Assembly (NCBI GenBank): GCA_964270895.1
Contig: OZ185443.1
DNA length: 64,000 nucleotides
Strand: one strand, 5' to 3'
From: Podarcis filfolensis
Lineage: Eukaryota
Of this stretch, positions 35,734 to 47,337 are shown piece after piece. A program made the translations under genes and the position numbers. The notes under the pieces are model-generated. The model saw only the letters and a program-made list of their open reading frames with translations, made no database searches and was not told where the DNA came from. Positions within the stretch are counted from its first letter, which is position 1; each line of letters opens with the position of its first letter.

Positions 35734-36646
35734 CAGATCCTCCAAGTGCCCCTATTTTCTAGGGACAATCCAGGATTTACAGAAGCCGTCCCAGTTTCTG
35801 ATTTGATCCTGGAATGCCCTGCTTTTCCTTAAAGGTAAAGGTACCCCTGACCATTAGGTCCAGTCGCAGACGACTCTGGGGTTGCGAGGCTCATCTCGCT
35901 TTACTGGCCAAGGGAGCTGGTGTTTGTCCACAGACAGTTTTCCGGGTCACGTGGCCAGTATGACTAAGCCGCTTCTGGCAAACCAGAGCAGTGCACGGAA
36001 ACGCCGTTTACCTTCCCGCCGGAGGGAAGACTTTGGGTGATGAGTCTGAATGCCACTGAGAGATCCAAATGAATAAGGATACACAGTTCTGGCACCTCTC
36101 AGGTGGGTGCCATTGTATGATAAGAGAACAAGAGAGGTGTTCAGGGTGAGTTCCAGCACCTGCTTTCCTATAAAAATAGCACTGGACATGCACACCCAGA
36201 TGTATATCTACCCACAATTTATCTACTTGTACTTTGACATGCTTTCGAACTGCTAGGTTGGCAGGAGCTGGGACTGAGCAACAGGCGCTCACCCCATCGC
36301 AGGGATTCGAACCGCCGACCTTCTGATCGGCAAGCCCTAGGCTCTGTGGTTTAGACCACAGCGCCACCCACGTCCCCCCTGCTTTTCCTTAGGACATCCC
36401 TATTTTCACCAGAGAAATGTTGGAGGGTATGGAGTTATGTGACCCCTGGAGCCATCTGAGGGCAGCCCTGTATAAGAAAGTTTTTTAATGTTTAATGTTT
36501 TATTATCCTTTTATATATGTTGGAAACCACCCAGAGTGGCTGGGGCAACCTAGTCAGATGGGTGGGGTATAAATAGTAAAATTAAAGTAATATTATTATG
36601 GAATAGAACATCCATGTTTTTCATCATAGAAATGTTGAAGGTTATG
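35734..36646. mobile_element. Composite TIR element carrying an L2 3' tail, interrupted by a SINE
   Basis: Left end cagatcctccaa; right-end motif agaaatgttggagggtatg occurs twice (36413-36431, and diverged at about 36629-36646) around an L2 tail; ctggcc flanks both ends. Confidence 0.6.
35832..36376 (-). mobile_element. Sauria SINE interrupted by a 190-bp insertion
   Basis: 15-bp TSD ccctgcttttcctta; SINE body broken at 36025-36216. Confidence 0.9.
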
Positions 36647-37014
36647 CTGGCCAATTAATAGGCAAAAGTCCAATCTATTCTGGAAATTTTACACAAAACA
36701 TTGCAAAGAGCAGATTATGTCGTCTCCTCAATTTCATCACATTGGTCTCCTTAAAATCATAAAATGACTTTGCAGTCCTGTAGAGCAATACTATGAATGA
36801 CTATTCTGAAGTGAGGCCCAGTGAGTGCCACCTACTCCTTAAGTGTGCCTAGAATAGCAGCCTTAAATATTAATTTCATTAGTTATTACAGTTGCTTCAA
36901 ACAGCTTCTCTAGCAAGATTGCGGAAAAGGAAATCTAAATGTTTGTTTGGGGAATGTATCAGTGGTAAAGTTTAGCAATGTATTTTGCATTTCATGGAAG
37001 CGTGGTTAAAATCA

Positions 37015-37027
37015 GTTAATTATTAAC
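37015..37027. promoter_or_regulatory. Perfect HNF1 consensus site (function untested)
   Basis: GTTAATTATTAAC matches GTTAATNATTAAC exactly, in sequence with no recognisable repeat. Confidence 0.4.
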
Positions 37028-37307
37028 CTCTTCCATACTTATGGTTGCTGATTTCATTATTCCTGTCTTCTGAGTAACATAGATGTTTTTGAAGTATTGC
37101 ACACTCGGGTGATTTCATCCTACAGTTCTGATGTCTAAATACTGCATTACCTCACTGGATTCCTCCAACTGTACGTGACGACCTGCCTACCTATTTTCTC
37201 CCCACACCAACCACAGAATCGCAAGGAGGAATATTTTATTACGTAGCTTCCTCTTTTCAGCATAGCACCAAAGGCCAGAGAAATTGCCTTGGCACATCTC
37301 AAACTAT

Positions 37308-37570
37308 TTCCAGCTAGGGATGGAGGAGGAATTTGGTTCACTTCACGTTAATGCAAATCAACTTAATCTGCACTTCCCAAAACAATATGAAAACTGGAAC
37401 ACAGCCACACTTCAAAATATGCACTTATCCAAAGTTTATGATACAGTTCTTCAATCAAAAAAATGTTTTCAAAAACGCATATATTGAGGTAAAGTATTCC
37501 TTAAAAAATGCATACCCTAGTAAAGCAGTATACAAAAATATTGGGCAAATTGCTTGCAATAATGTTACTG
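37308..37570. repeat. Degraded interspersed repeat starting tagggatgg (probable DNA-transposon derivative)
   Basis: tagggatggaggaggaatttggttcac...ctgcacttcccaaaacaatatg pattern recognised from lizard repeats; no TSD found. Confidence 0.4.
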
Positions 37571-39659
37571 GGGAGCTGGGTACACCACCTGAACACCTGA
37601 TTCTTCCACCTCAAATCAGACCTCAGTTATACATGAAGCAAGGCTTTGATTTCTTTCTTTCAGAAAGAACAGAGCGTGACTGAAAGCAAGAGATGGATTT
37701 CATCTCTTGCTTTCCATCATTAGCAATGCCACTGCCACCAGGTATTTTAAAAAATGCAAAGCACAGGCCCATGAAAGACATTTGCTTCTGGGAAAATTAA
37801 AATGACCTGTGGCTGGGGGAATACTTTGCTCAGCCACTTTGCACACGAAGTAAAAACAGATATCAAAAATAAAATGGGGGGAGGAGGCAGGAGATCTGGG
37901 ATTCAGGGTAACAGGCCCGGGGCCCCTAGGCTACCCGCTAACAACACTAAAATTTGCACATGGAAGTGAACCAGCATGAACTGGAGGGTGGTTACCTGCT
38001 TGCAATTGCATGGAGAGTTCAACATAGAAAAAACTGCAGCCAGATTCAGTTACTGTGAAGGGAAATGCATTCTGTAGCCATCCAGACACATACTATCCCT
38101 TGGCATGAGCACATGGTCATGTGGGCGCCTGGAGAGCAGGTTACAACGCCTGTGCTTCCCACAGGGCATTTTGCTGCTGTGTCACACCGAACGAAGCCAT
38201 GCTTTGATCTAGTGTATTGTGTGAAATCAAAGCTCATGGTTTAGTTCTCGCCGGACTAATCACACTCTGTAACCACACCTTGCCCTATAGCTTACAGCTC
38301 ACTCTGCCTGGAATAGCTGAACCACGAGCCAAACCATAGCCTAGCTCAGAACAGTGCGAGAGCAAAAGAGCTGGGGGGGAGTCAAGCAGATGTGATCTCT
38401 GCTCTTGGGGGCTACACCTTCATGCTAAGCCATGGCTTGCTGGCACGTGATGCGCAAAGTAGGCACCCGCCCTGTAAACTAATACACCTCTCCATCTTGG
38501 CCTAGATGAGATCAAACATTTATGATTTATCATTTATGATGGGGCCAGCCTGTGGCCCTCTAGGTGTTGTTGAACTGCAGTTCCCATCAGGTCCGGTCAT
38601 AGGAGCCAAATTCTGGGGGCTGAGGCCCCTTCACCCTCCCCAATAATATATTTGAGGGGGCAGCACCCCAAAGTTGCTGGGCATTGCCATTCAAATGGTG
38701 TGTGTGCACCACACTATTCAAGCTGGTCCCCCTGAGTCATGAATGGCTGGAGTTGTATGTAGGCCACAACATTTGGTGGAAGACACAGGTTTCCCACAAC
38801 TGATCCAAAATGTCCATCTACTGAAAACAGTGGGAGCCTATTAATTAATTATTATTCACTTTTATGCCCACCTTAAAATATTGCTGCACTTGATTGTGTT
38901 ATCACATTTAACAACTCTCTTTTCTGACTGCATTCTTCTCTGATTCATTTGCATGTATATTTTCCAGTTAACTAGAAAACCTCAAGCAAAGTCAAGTGTC
39001 CCGGATGTGATTTGACAGGCCACAAAGTCAAATAAACTGAGAAGGGGAAGGAGTCAGTAGGTACATGAGATATTGTTATGTGAATCTCTGAGCGGTGAGA
39101 GACTTCAGGGGTGCCAGCACTGACCCAGCCTTCAGTTTCCTTGAAATCAAGGTCACTGGAGACTGTGGTGACTTATGATCGATGGTTTAATTTACACACA
39201 TCTACATCCTGAGCATCAGATGGCAGGGCTTACAGCGTTAACAGGCCTATGCACTGTATCTTGGTTCCTCATTAGGTTTCCAGAGAGGCCCCCTCAAAGC
39301 CATGGGTCTGGTTTCTGCACAGAGAGCAAGAGAAGTCTCTGCTGATACCCTGGCCCATTGCTCTCCTGCCCCTAAAAGGACGTCGCCTCTAGCCAGGTGG
39401 GGTGGGGTAGGGAGACTTATCCCCTCCGTCTGGAGGGAAATAGTTGGAAAGTCACATGGGTTAAGTAAGAACGTTGTGTACTATATCAGTTTTACTTCTG
39501 ACTGTTCTGCGGCTGAGAGGCCCTACCTGCCTGAGGAGGGAGAAAGGGGTGAGATCTTGCTAGCTGCTTTAAGTACCAAGTAATGCTTTCCTGGATGAAA
39601 CCGGTGTTCTAGCTCCATAGTTCCTAGGCCCAATTTTGGTACTGAATCTGCCTTGGGCA

Positions 39660-40170
39660 CATAGCTGTCAACTGTCCCTTATTTGGTGGGAAACTCCCTT
39701 ATCCCAGCTCCGTGTCCCGCTGCTGTCCCTTATTGATGATGTCCCTTAAATTTCCCGGGTTTCAAAGGAAGCAGCTCCTCTCCCTCCCTCCCTGCCTGCC
39801 AGGGAGGAGGGAGGCTCCAACTGTATTGCTTCCCCCAATAAGGAGTCTAAGAACGACTGGGGGGGTGGAGCTTGCATGCCTTGTGCCGATCAAATCGGCC
39901 GCATTGCCTGGGGACTCGCCTTTGCTCAGCGCTTCCCAGCGGAGAGGTGACGGTGGTTTTCCTTGCTGCATCCCCTCTGCTGGGTTGCTGCGCTGTGGGA
40001 ACCACCGCTTGAGGCTTTGTTTGGCTGCTGGCTGGGCTTTCTGACTTTGGCTTGGAGGAGCTCAGAAGTTGAACATACCTGTGCCCGGAAAATCCCTTAT
40101 TTTGGCTGCTGATCCCTTATTTTCGAGGCTGCTGGTCCCTTATTTTCAAATCTGTAAGTTGACAGCTATG
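39660..40170. mobile_element. CATAGCTGTCAA-TIR MITE, 511 bp
   Basis: Same TIRs and tcccttatt subterminal repeats as the 19324 copy; 8-bp TSD cttgggca. Confidence 0.9.
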
Positions 40171-43100
40171 CTTGGGCATCCTGTATGATGGCCTTTGTCA
40201 GAAGAGAGGCTGGGGGAGTATTTTAGGTTGTGTGCAAGTTTAGATTGTTTATCTTTTATTCTAATTATCTCTCTTTTTAAGTTGCCTTGAGTTTCACCTT
40301 TACCCCCAAAAAGTAGCTAATAAATATTATTATTATTATTATTATTAATAGTGTCAGCCTGAAATCTGTTTTTAGGCTGAAAAGTCAAACCAAAACAGAC
40401 CTGACAGTGACAAGCAGAAACTTGCACAGAGATCACCAGCTGCATCTGCTGCCTAGCTATGACCTCAAACAGCCTTTTGAATCATGACAGTTATCACAGC
40501 CCCAAATTACCATAGGATTCTTTGTTCTTACCCTGCCAGAAGATTGCACTGAAAGGATCTGGCTATCCACTTCTCATTGCAAAGCCTCATAAAGTTTATA
40601 TTGATCAGTTTGTTCCTGTGATGAAATTCCATAAAATAATTACTACCTCTTTCCTGGTATCTAATTAGACACAACTGAGCTAAGGATTAAGACACATGTT
40701 CTGCCTGGCTGTAGGAAAGTAAACAGTAAACAGGAAATATGAAGCAACTCCTGAATGGATCCCTAAGTGCTGCTCCTTTACTTTAATAGCATGTGTACAC
40801 CCTTCTCTTGCTTCCTATCAAGATGATCGGTCAGCCACGGTCAGTATGCAATTTCCCCCCTCCTAACTTTTTTCATGGATCTCCCCCCATTGGTCAGAAT
40901 TAAAGAAAGCCAAACCCATTCACACATATGGAAGGAAGCAAGGGGGAACTTTGCTAATATGGTATCCTGAGTGAGGAAAATTGGGGGGGGGTGCGCGCGC
41001 ACTCACTCACACACACACGTTGCAGTTGCTCCAGTGGGGCTGGAGAAGTACAAAGTTGTCTACTTGGAGGTGGTACTGTAGTGGCACGGAGGAGAGCTGC
41101 CTACCCAGTCCAGCCACCTGGGGCACACAAGGAGATTCCAAGGGGCCCCTCCAGCCCTGATGTGCCCAGGGCACACAAACTGGGGTCGGGGAAGAGCCCT
41201 CCTGGCTGCACCTCACAAATCCTCTGCAGTGGGGGCCTGGCACTTGCCTCCACTGCTCAGAGGAGAAGGAAGGGGGGTGCGGTGGGGTCGGTTTGCCCCA
41301 GGTGTCACCACTGAGGGGGTGACAAAATGCCAGGCAGCACTCACTCTCTCCTTGGAGTGACGTGGTGGCTTGGGTGCCCACAGGCTCTGCGCTGCCCCAA
41401 ACGGTCCGCCCGCTGCCTCACCCTCAGCTGTAGGGTGGCTGAGTGGGAGGAGGCAGGCAAACTCCTCGGAGGCCCCATGGAGTGTCCTTCCCCGGCTCAT
41501 CCTGCCCCACAGGCGGCTGGCCCTGCCCCTGGGCACAGGGCACCCAATCGACTTGCTCCGCTGCTGCCCATGCCATCCCTTCACCTCTGGAAGCGCCCCC
41601 AGGATTGGGACCTCCCTGGCGGCTGCAGCTCCCTCAAGTGGCACCTGAGCCTGGTCCAGGAAAACAAGTCTCCTGGCTGTAGCAGAGACCCCGAGAGAGG
41701 AGGAGGAGGAGGAAGAAGCAGTGACCGGAGCAGCTGCACCAGCTCTGATCATGAGGGGGCCTCGTCGTCTGTAGGTAGGCCTCGGGGTGCTCCCTTAGCT
41801 TGGCGCCCTGTGCAGGTGTGTACCAGCCGCACCACTCTAATTCCAGCACCAGTGCGGAAGGAAGGAAAGAGAGGAGGAGGGAGAGAGGGAAAGAGCAAGC
41901 AAGCTTGGCACCAATGCACACTTTGTTTGCTTTTCCCTTTGTTGGGTGTATGGATTTTTTTTAAGAGTGTGGGTGGGGGCACATGATAAGTTATTTGGTG
42001 GGACTGTGAAATATCGAAAGATGATGTCTACTGAATGATTTGCAAGGTGGGAGGAGGAATTATCAAATGAGAACCTGCTTGCTTATTACCCTTACTGAAA
42101 GCAGCCATGTGCAAGTAAAGCTCAAGCAGGACTGCTCAGGTGTTACTCTAAATTTATGTTGGGGGGGTGACATTTGTGCCTGCTGCCCCCTTCACTGGCC
42201 CTGTTCTGCATGTACAGCAGAATGAAGTAGGAAACATGAAAGGTACTGTGGACTGTGCCTGCAGCTCACAGGGTTTCTTGCAAGTTCGAAAAGCAAAACA
42301 AAACAGCTCACACTTCAAGGAGAAAGATTTTCCTTTAAGCTACTTCTTGCTCTGCTAGCTTTCTGCTTGCATGTTCTTTGCTTAGCGTGAGAGAAAATTA
42401 AAAACCCTGATTCCCACTTATGACCTGAAGCAATCTTAGGGTTGCATCCTAAATGTGCCAAGGCTGACACTGGTTTTCCTAGCTTGTCAGAATATATCAA
42501 CCTAATTCTTGGCTACAAAGCAAATCTTAATATATAATACTCCCTTCTCTCTTCTTTCTACTCTTTCTTCCTTTATTATTTTTTACAGAAAATAGAAATG
42601 GTAAGGAAAAAGAAAAGCTGCTGTCAAAAATGCTTTTGTTTTCATGATGCAGAGAAATCCTGGGGAAATCCACCACAGAAGACTTCTCTAGTGCTGTTTG
42701 TGACATCTTCATTCAAGCATAACATGTTTTTATTCCCTCCAGAACAACTCTTTGAGAAATGGCTTTTAGTAAGTCTCTTGAGCGCCATTACCCACATCTT
42801 CTCCTCCCACTGGTAATGTTTAGAAAAAGGAATGCATGCTGAGACACCATCATGTTCCGTGTATCCCCGTCCCTCTGAAGGATTTGGATAAACTGTGAAG
42901 CAGGTTCTGGTCTAACTCTCCTTTTCTAGCTCCTTTTAACTGGTAATTGCTGCCACTGTTTCTTTCTGGAGGAAACACCTGGGAAGTGTACTGGGTTACT
43001 TTCTTGGTTTCCCCTTCGGTCTTGTCTCACAGCCTTGTTGCACAAGCAGATGGCTAAGCCTGAAGGCACAGAAGCTCCTGAGTTTGCCATATCCCCAGTC

Positions 43101-43233
43101 AGAGCAGATCTCCAAATGGAGAGCATTTAGGATTCAGGATACACAGTAACAAAAGAGGAAGTTGTTCAACAGCACAAATGAAAACAAAAAAGATCCACTT
43201 TGACCTTAATGCAGTGAAGCTGATCCATTAGGG

Positions 43234-43370
43234 CAGGCTTCCTCAAACTCAGCCCCCCCAGATGTTTTGAGACTACAGTTCCCATCATCCCTGACCACTG
43301 GTCCTGCTAGCTAGGGATCATGGGAGTTGTAGGCCAAAAACATCCAGAGGGCCGAATTTGAGGAAGCCTG
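43234..43370. mobile_element. hAT MITE, sister subfamily of the 136-bp element
   Basis: caggcttcctcaaa ... tttgaggaagcctg; internal hairpin shared with 30627; flanks cattaggg / ggttaggg. Confidence 0.85.
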
Positions 43371-43551
43371 GGTTAGGGCAAGTGGGGCACTGCCCATCAG
43401 CTATCCCTCCTTAGTCTTGGCTTTTCCTTTATAGAATGCAGTAGCAAGAAAGATGAGGGCAAAACGAGAATTAGCTGGCTCTGCCTGCCATTGGCTCTAG
43501 CGCCACCTACTGTTGGGCTCCCACGGGGCATCATCCACTACTGATTTTATA

Positions 43552-43908
43552 GGGATGTGGGTGATGCTGTGGTCTAAACCACTGAGCCTCTTGGGCTTGC
43601 TGATTGGAGGGTTGGTGGTTTGAATCCCTGCAATGGAGTGAGCTCCCGTTGCTCTGTCCCAGCTCCTGCCAACCTAGCAATTAAAAAACATGCCAGTGCA
43701 TGTAGAAAAATAGGTACTGCTGCTGTGGAAAGGTAAATGGCGTTTCCGTGAGCTCTGGCACTCATCATGGTCCTCTGTGCACCAGAAGTGTTTTAGTCAT
43801 GCTGGCCACATGACCCGGAAAACTGTCTGTGGACAAATGTTGGCTCCCTAGGCCTGAAAGCGAGATGAGTGCCGCAATCCCATAGTCGCCTTTGACTGGA
43901 CTTAACCA
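43552..43908 (+). mobile_element. Sauria SINE
   Basis: Head gggatgtgggtgatgctgtggtctaaacc; 12-bp TSD tactgattttat. Confidence 0.9.
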
Positions 43909-44949
43909 TACTGATTTTATTATATTTGGAAAAATGCAAGCCGGTCTAAACTCATTGGTATTTATGAGGGACAATAAATTGGACTTAGTCCTACTTAATA
44001 GACATTCCATTGATACGCTAGCCATGATAGACTTACGCCCTGCTGATTTCAACAGGTCTGCTCTAAGCATAACTAAGTCTTGATCCAACTCAACTTAAAT
44101 TTTGTAGTGTAAATATGTCCTAATAATTTGCCTCGCAGGCCGGCCACCAGAGAGTCACTGAATTATATGAGGCAGCACTTAAAAGAAGAAGTGTGCATGT
44201 CAAGCAATGTAAACATGCAAACATGGAGCAAAAGAAGCAAGACACTAAAACCAGAAAGTTTTCTGCTGTAAAGTGAACAAGTAAAGCAGAGCACAGAACT
44301 TGCTGTTGTGTGCCTGAAGAATTTTTGCTTATGTTGTGGAAGAAGGCCAGCACACATGATAAATGACTTTATCTTGTTTAAAGATTTATTGCAGGCTACC
44401 CTAGCATTACATGCCCATAACTTTATTATATCTAATTGTGCAGCTTGTGATTTTATTTCCTGTAACATATGTAGAGATAGATAATATATCCTAACTGAGT
44501 TTCCTTTGGTTCCTAATTCAAGAAAAGGGACAGAGAACTGTTTGCTATCAAGAACAGTTAAGTCCCTAGGAGTCTGACTAGGAAAAAAGACAATAAACTG
44601 TTGAATTTAACTGAATATGTACTGTGTGTTGTGTACAACACAGAAAATTGCTGACTCTGAACCAGACATACAGAATGCTAAATTCAATATTCAATGGGTT
44701 CATTGAGAAACTCAGTCTTTGTGAGTCCCAATGTCTGCAACTGCCCTGATCTGAAACTCCTGACCTAGACCAATGTGTAGATCGGAACTTAGACCACAAC
44801 CCTAAACACAGTCACCTGGAAGTAAGTCTCATTCAACTACCTTCTACATGCCTGTCAAGGCAATTTACATATGTACCATAAAAATAACTAAAATGTTTTT
44901 AAAGTGTTTTTTTTTAAAATGTGGCTGATGATTTATTTGATTTCCTTCA

Positions 44950-45570
44950 CCATACAGGCTGTGGTTCCCTCTTTCTTCTCTGATTCGGGCAAAGAGTGAG
45001 GATCACTTGAGGACTCGGAGGGGGGAATGAGCCCTGATGAGATGGGAGACCCAGAGGCTACCCCCTCCCAGCCTATGGCGAGTGAGCAGCGCCCAGAGGC
45101 TGTGACAGAGCAAGAGGAGGAAGAGGAGGTGCACCTGGCGATGTCTTCCAGAGGGAGGAGGTTCCTTAAGAGATCCCTGAAGAGAAGAGAGAACCCCACC
45201 CCAAGAGAAGTGCCTGGCATCAGGCCAGGAATTCCCGCAGAGAGGGGGGCTTTCATGAGTAACTGAGCAATCCCCAGCTCTGCTTTAAAGTTTGATGAGT
45301 AGGTGGAGAAACTTGTTGGAACAACTCGGTGTCTTCCATGCATTCCTGGAGTCTTGCTACTACTCGTGAACTCTTGAACCTTGGTCTTTGTTCTTGGTCC
45401 AGATTTATTGGTGTTACTCTTCTGCCTTGTAAGAGCACTGTCCCTAGAATTTTCATTTACTTTGCCACTGAGTTTTTGAACTGTTAAACTGCTGCAATAA
45501 AAGTTCACTACTTTACTTTGAAGCACCTCTGTGATCTGGGCTTTGAAGATAAGATTCAAACAAATTACAG
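44950..45570 (+). mobile_element. Possible solo LTR
   Basis: Purine-rich gaggaggaag block, then AATAAA (45496) and an ...aca end, similar in layout to 51378-52135; no TSD confirmed. Confidence 0.35.
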
Positions 45571-45578
45571 TCAAGAAT

Positions 45579-46808
45579 GTTGTTGTTGTTGTTGTTTAGT
45601 CATTTAGTCGTGTCTGACTCTTCGTGACCCCCTGGACCAGAGCACGCCAGGCACTCCTGTCTTCCACTGCCTCCCGCAGTTTGGTCAAACTCATGCTGGT
45701 AGCTTCAAGAACACTGTCCAACCATCTCGTCCTCTGTCGTCCCCTTCTCCTTGTGCCCTCCATCTTTTCCAACATCAGGGTCTTTTCCAGGGAGTCTTCT
45801 CTTCTCATGAGGTGGCCAATGTATTGGAGTCTCAGCTTCAGGATCTGTCCTTCCAGTGAGCACTCAGGGCTGATTTCCTTCAGAATGGATAGGTTTGATC
45901 TTCTTGCAGTCCATGGGACTCTCCAGAGTCTCCTCCAGCACCAGAATTCAAAAGCATCAATTCTTCAGCGATCAGCCTTCTTTATGGTCCAGCTCTCACT
46001 TCCATACATCACTACTGGGAAAACCATAGCTTTAACTATACGGACCTTCGTTGGCAAGGTGATATTTCTGCTTTTTAAGATGCTGTCTAGGTTTGTCATT
46101 GATTTCCCCCCAAGAAGCAGGCGTCTTTTAATTTTGTGGCTGCTGTCACCATCTGCAGTGATCATGGAGCCCAAGAAAGTAAAATCTCTCACTGCCTCCA
46201 TTTCTTCCCCTTCTTTTGCCAGGAGGTGATGGGACCAGTGGCCATGATTTTTTTGATGTTGAGCTTCAAACCATATTTTGCGCTGTCCTCTTTCACCCTC
46301 ATTAAATGGTTCTTTAATTCCTCCTCACTTTCTGCCATCAAGGTTGTGTCATCTGCATATCTGAAGCTGTTTATATTTCTTCCGGCAATCTTAATTCCAG
46401 CTAGGGATTCATCCAGCCCAGCCTTTTGCATGATGAATTCTGCATAGAAGTTAAATAAGGAGGGAGACAATATACAGCCTTGTCGTACTCCTTTCCCAAT
46501 TTCAAACCAATCAGTTGTTCCATATCCAGTTCTAACTGTAGCTTCTTGTCCCACATAGAGATTTCTCAGGAGACAGATGAGGTGATCAGGCACTCCCATT
46601 TCTTTAAGAACTTGCCATAGTTTGCTGTGGTCGACACAGTCAAAGGCTTTTGCATCAGAAGTAGATGTCTTTCTGGAATTCCGTAGCTTTCTCCATAATC
46701 CAGCACATGTTTGCAATTTGGTCTCTGATTCCTCTGTCTCTTCTAAATCCAGCTTGCACTTCTGGGAGTTCTCGGTCCACGTACTGCTTGAGCCTACCTT
46801 GTAGAATT
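45579..46808 (-). mobile_element. Bov-B LINE, 1.23 kb, 5'-truncated
   Basis: RT motifs AKAFDCVDH, GVRQGCILSP, FRYADDTTL; (CAA)n tail; 14-bp TSD ttacagtcaagaat at 45565-45578 and 46809-46822. Confidence 0.95.
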
Positions 46809-47337
46809 TTACAGTCAAGAATAGGTGGGTCCTAATATATCAAGTGTCCAAGACCACAATAAAGAGGTGCATCTTCCGCATAGGATAAAAAAATACACAA
46901 TGAAAGTTGCAGACACACCGCTGTGGGGAAGAAACTCCATAACTTAGACACTGCCATAAGATTGCCACCCACAACATCTGCAGAGAATTCCCCACCCCAA
47001 CGTAACCTACTGCTGATGTCACAGCATTCTGCATTTCCCCACATCCAGTTTCCATTATTTGCTGCGGCTGCTGCTGAACCACCCAGAGACCATATTCCAT
47101 AGAAGCTCCTACCTAGGAGAAAGCCGCCCACAGAACTTCACTTTGGGGGCAACACAGAAATGTTCATGAATTCATCCATGCATGCCACAAAAGAACCCTA
47201 TTGCATTCATGACAGATGCAGTAAGAATAATGAAATAAATTCATAGAATTGTAGAGCTGGAAGGGACCAGAAGTTGTCCCCAAAATTGATATGCCTCACC
47301 TGCTCTACTTTTAAAGATGCAGAACGGGATCCATTGT

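Noticed and set aside
41007-41986. Overlapping 120-220 aa ORFs as a gene
   Set aside because: No recognisable domain or exon structure; explained by GC content.
45027-45266. 79-aa Glu-rich ORF
   Set aside because: Purine-rich repeat-like sequence with no splice or homology support.
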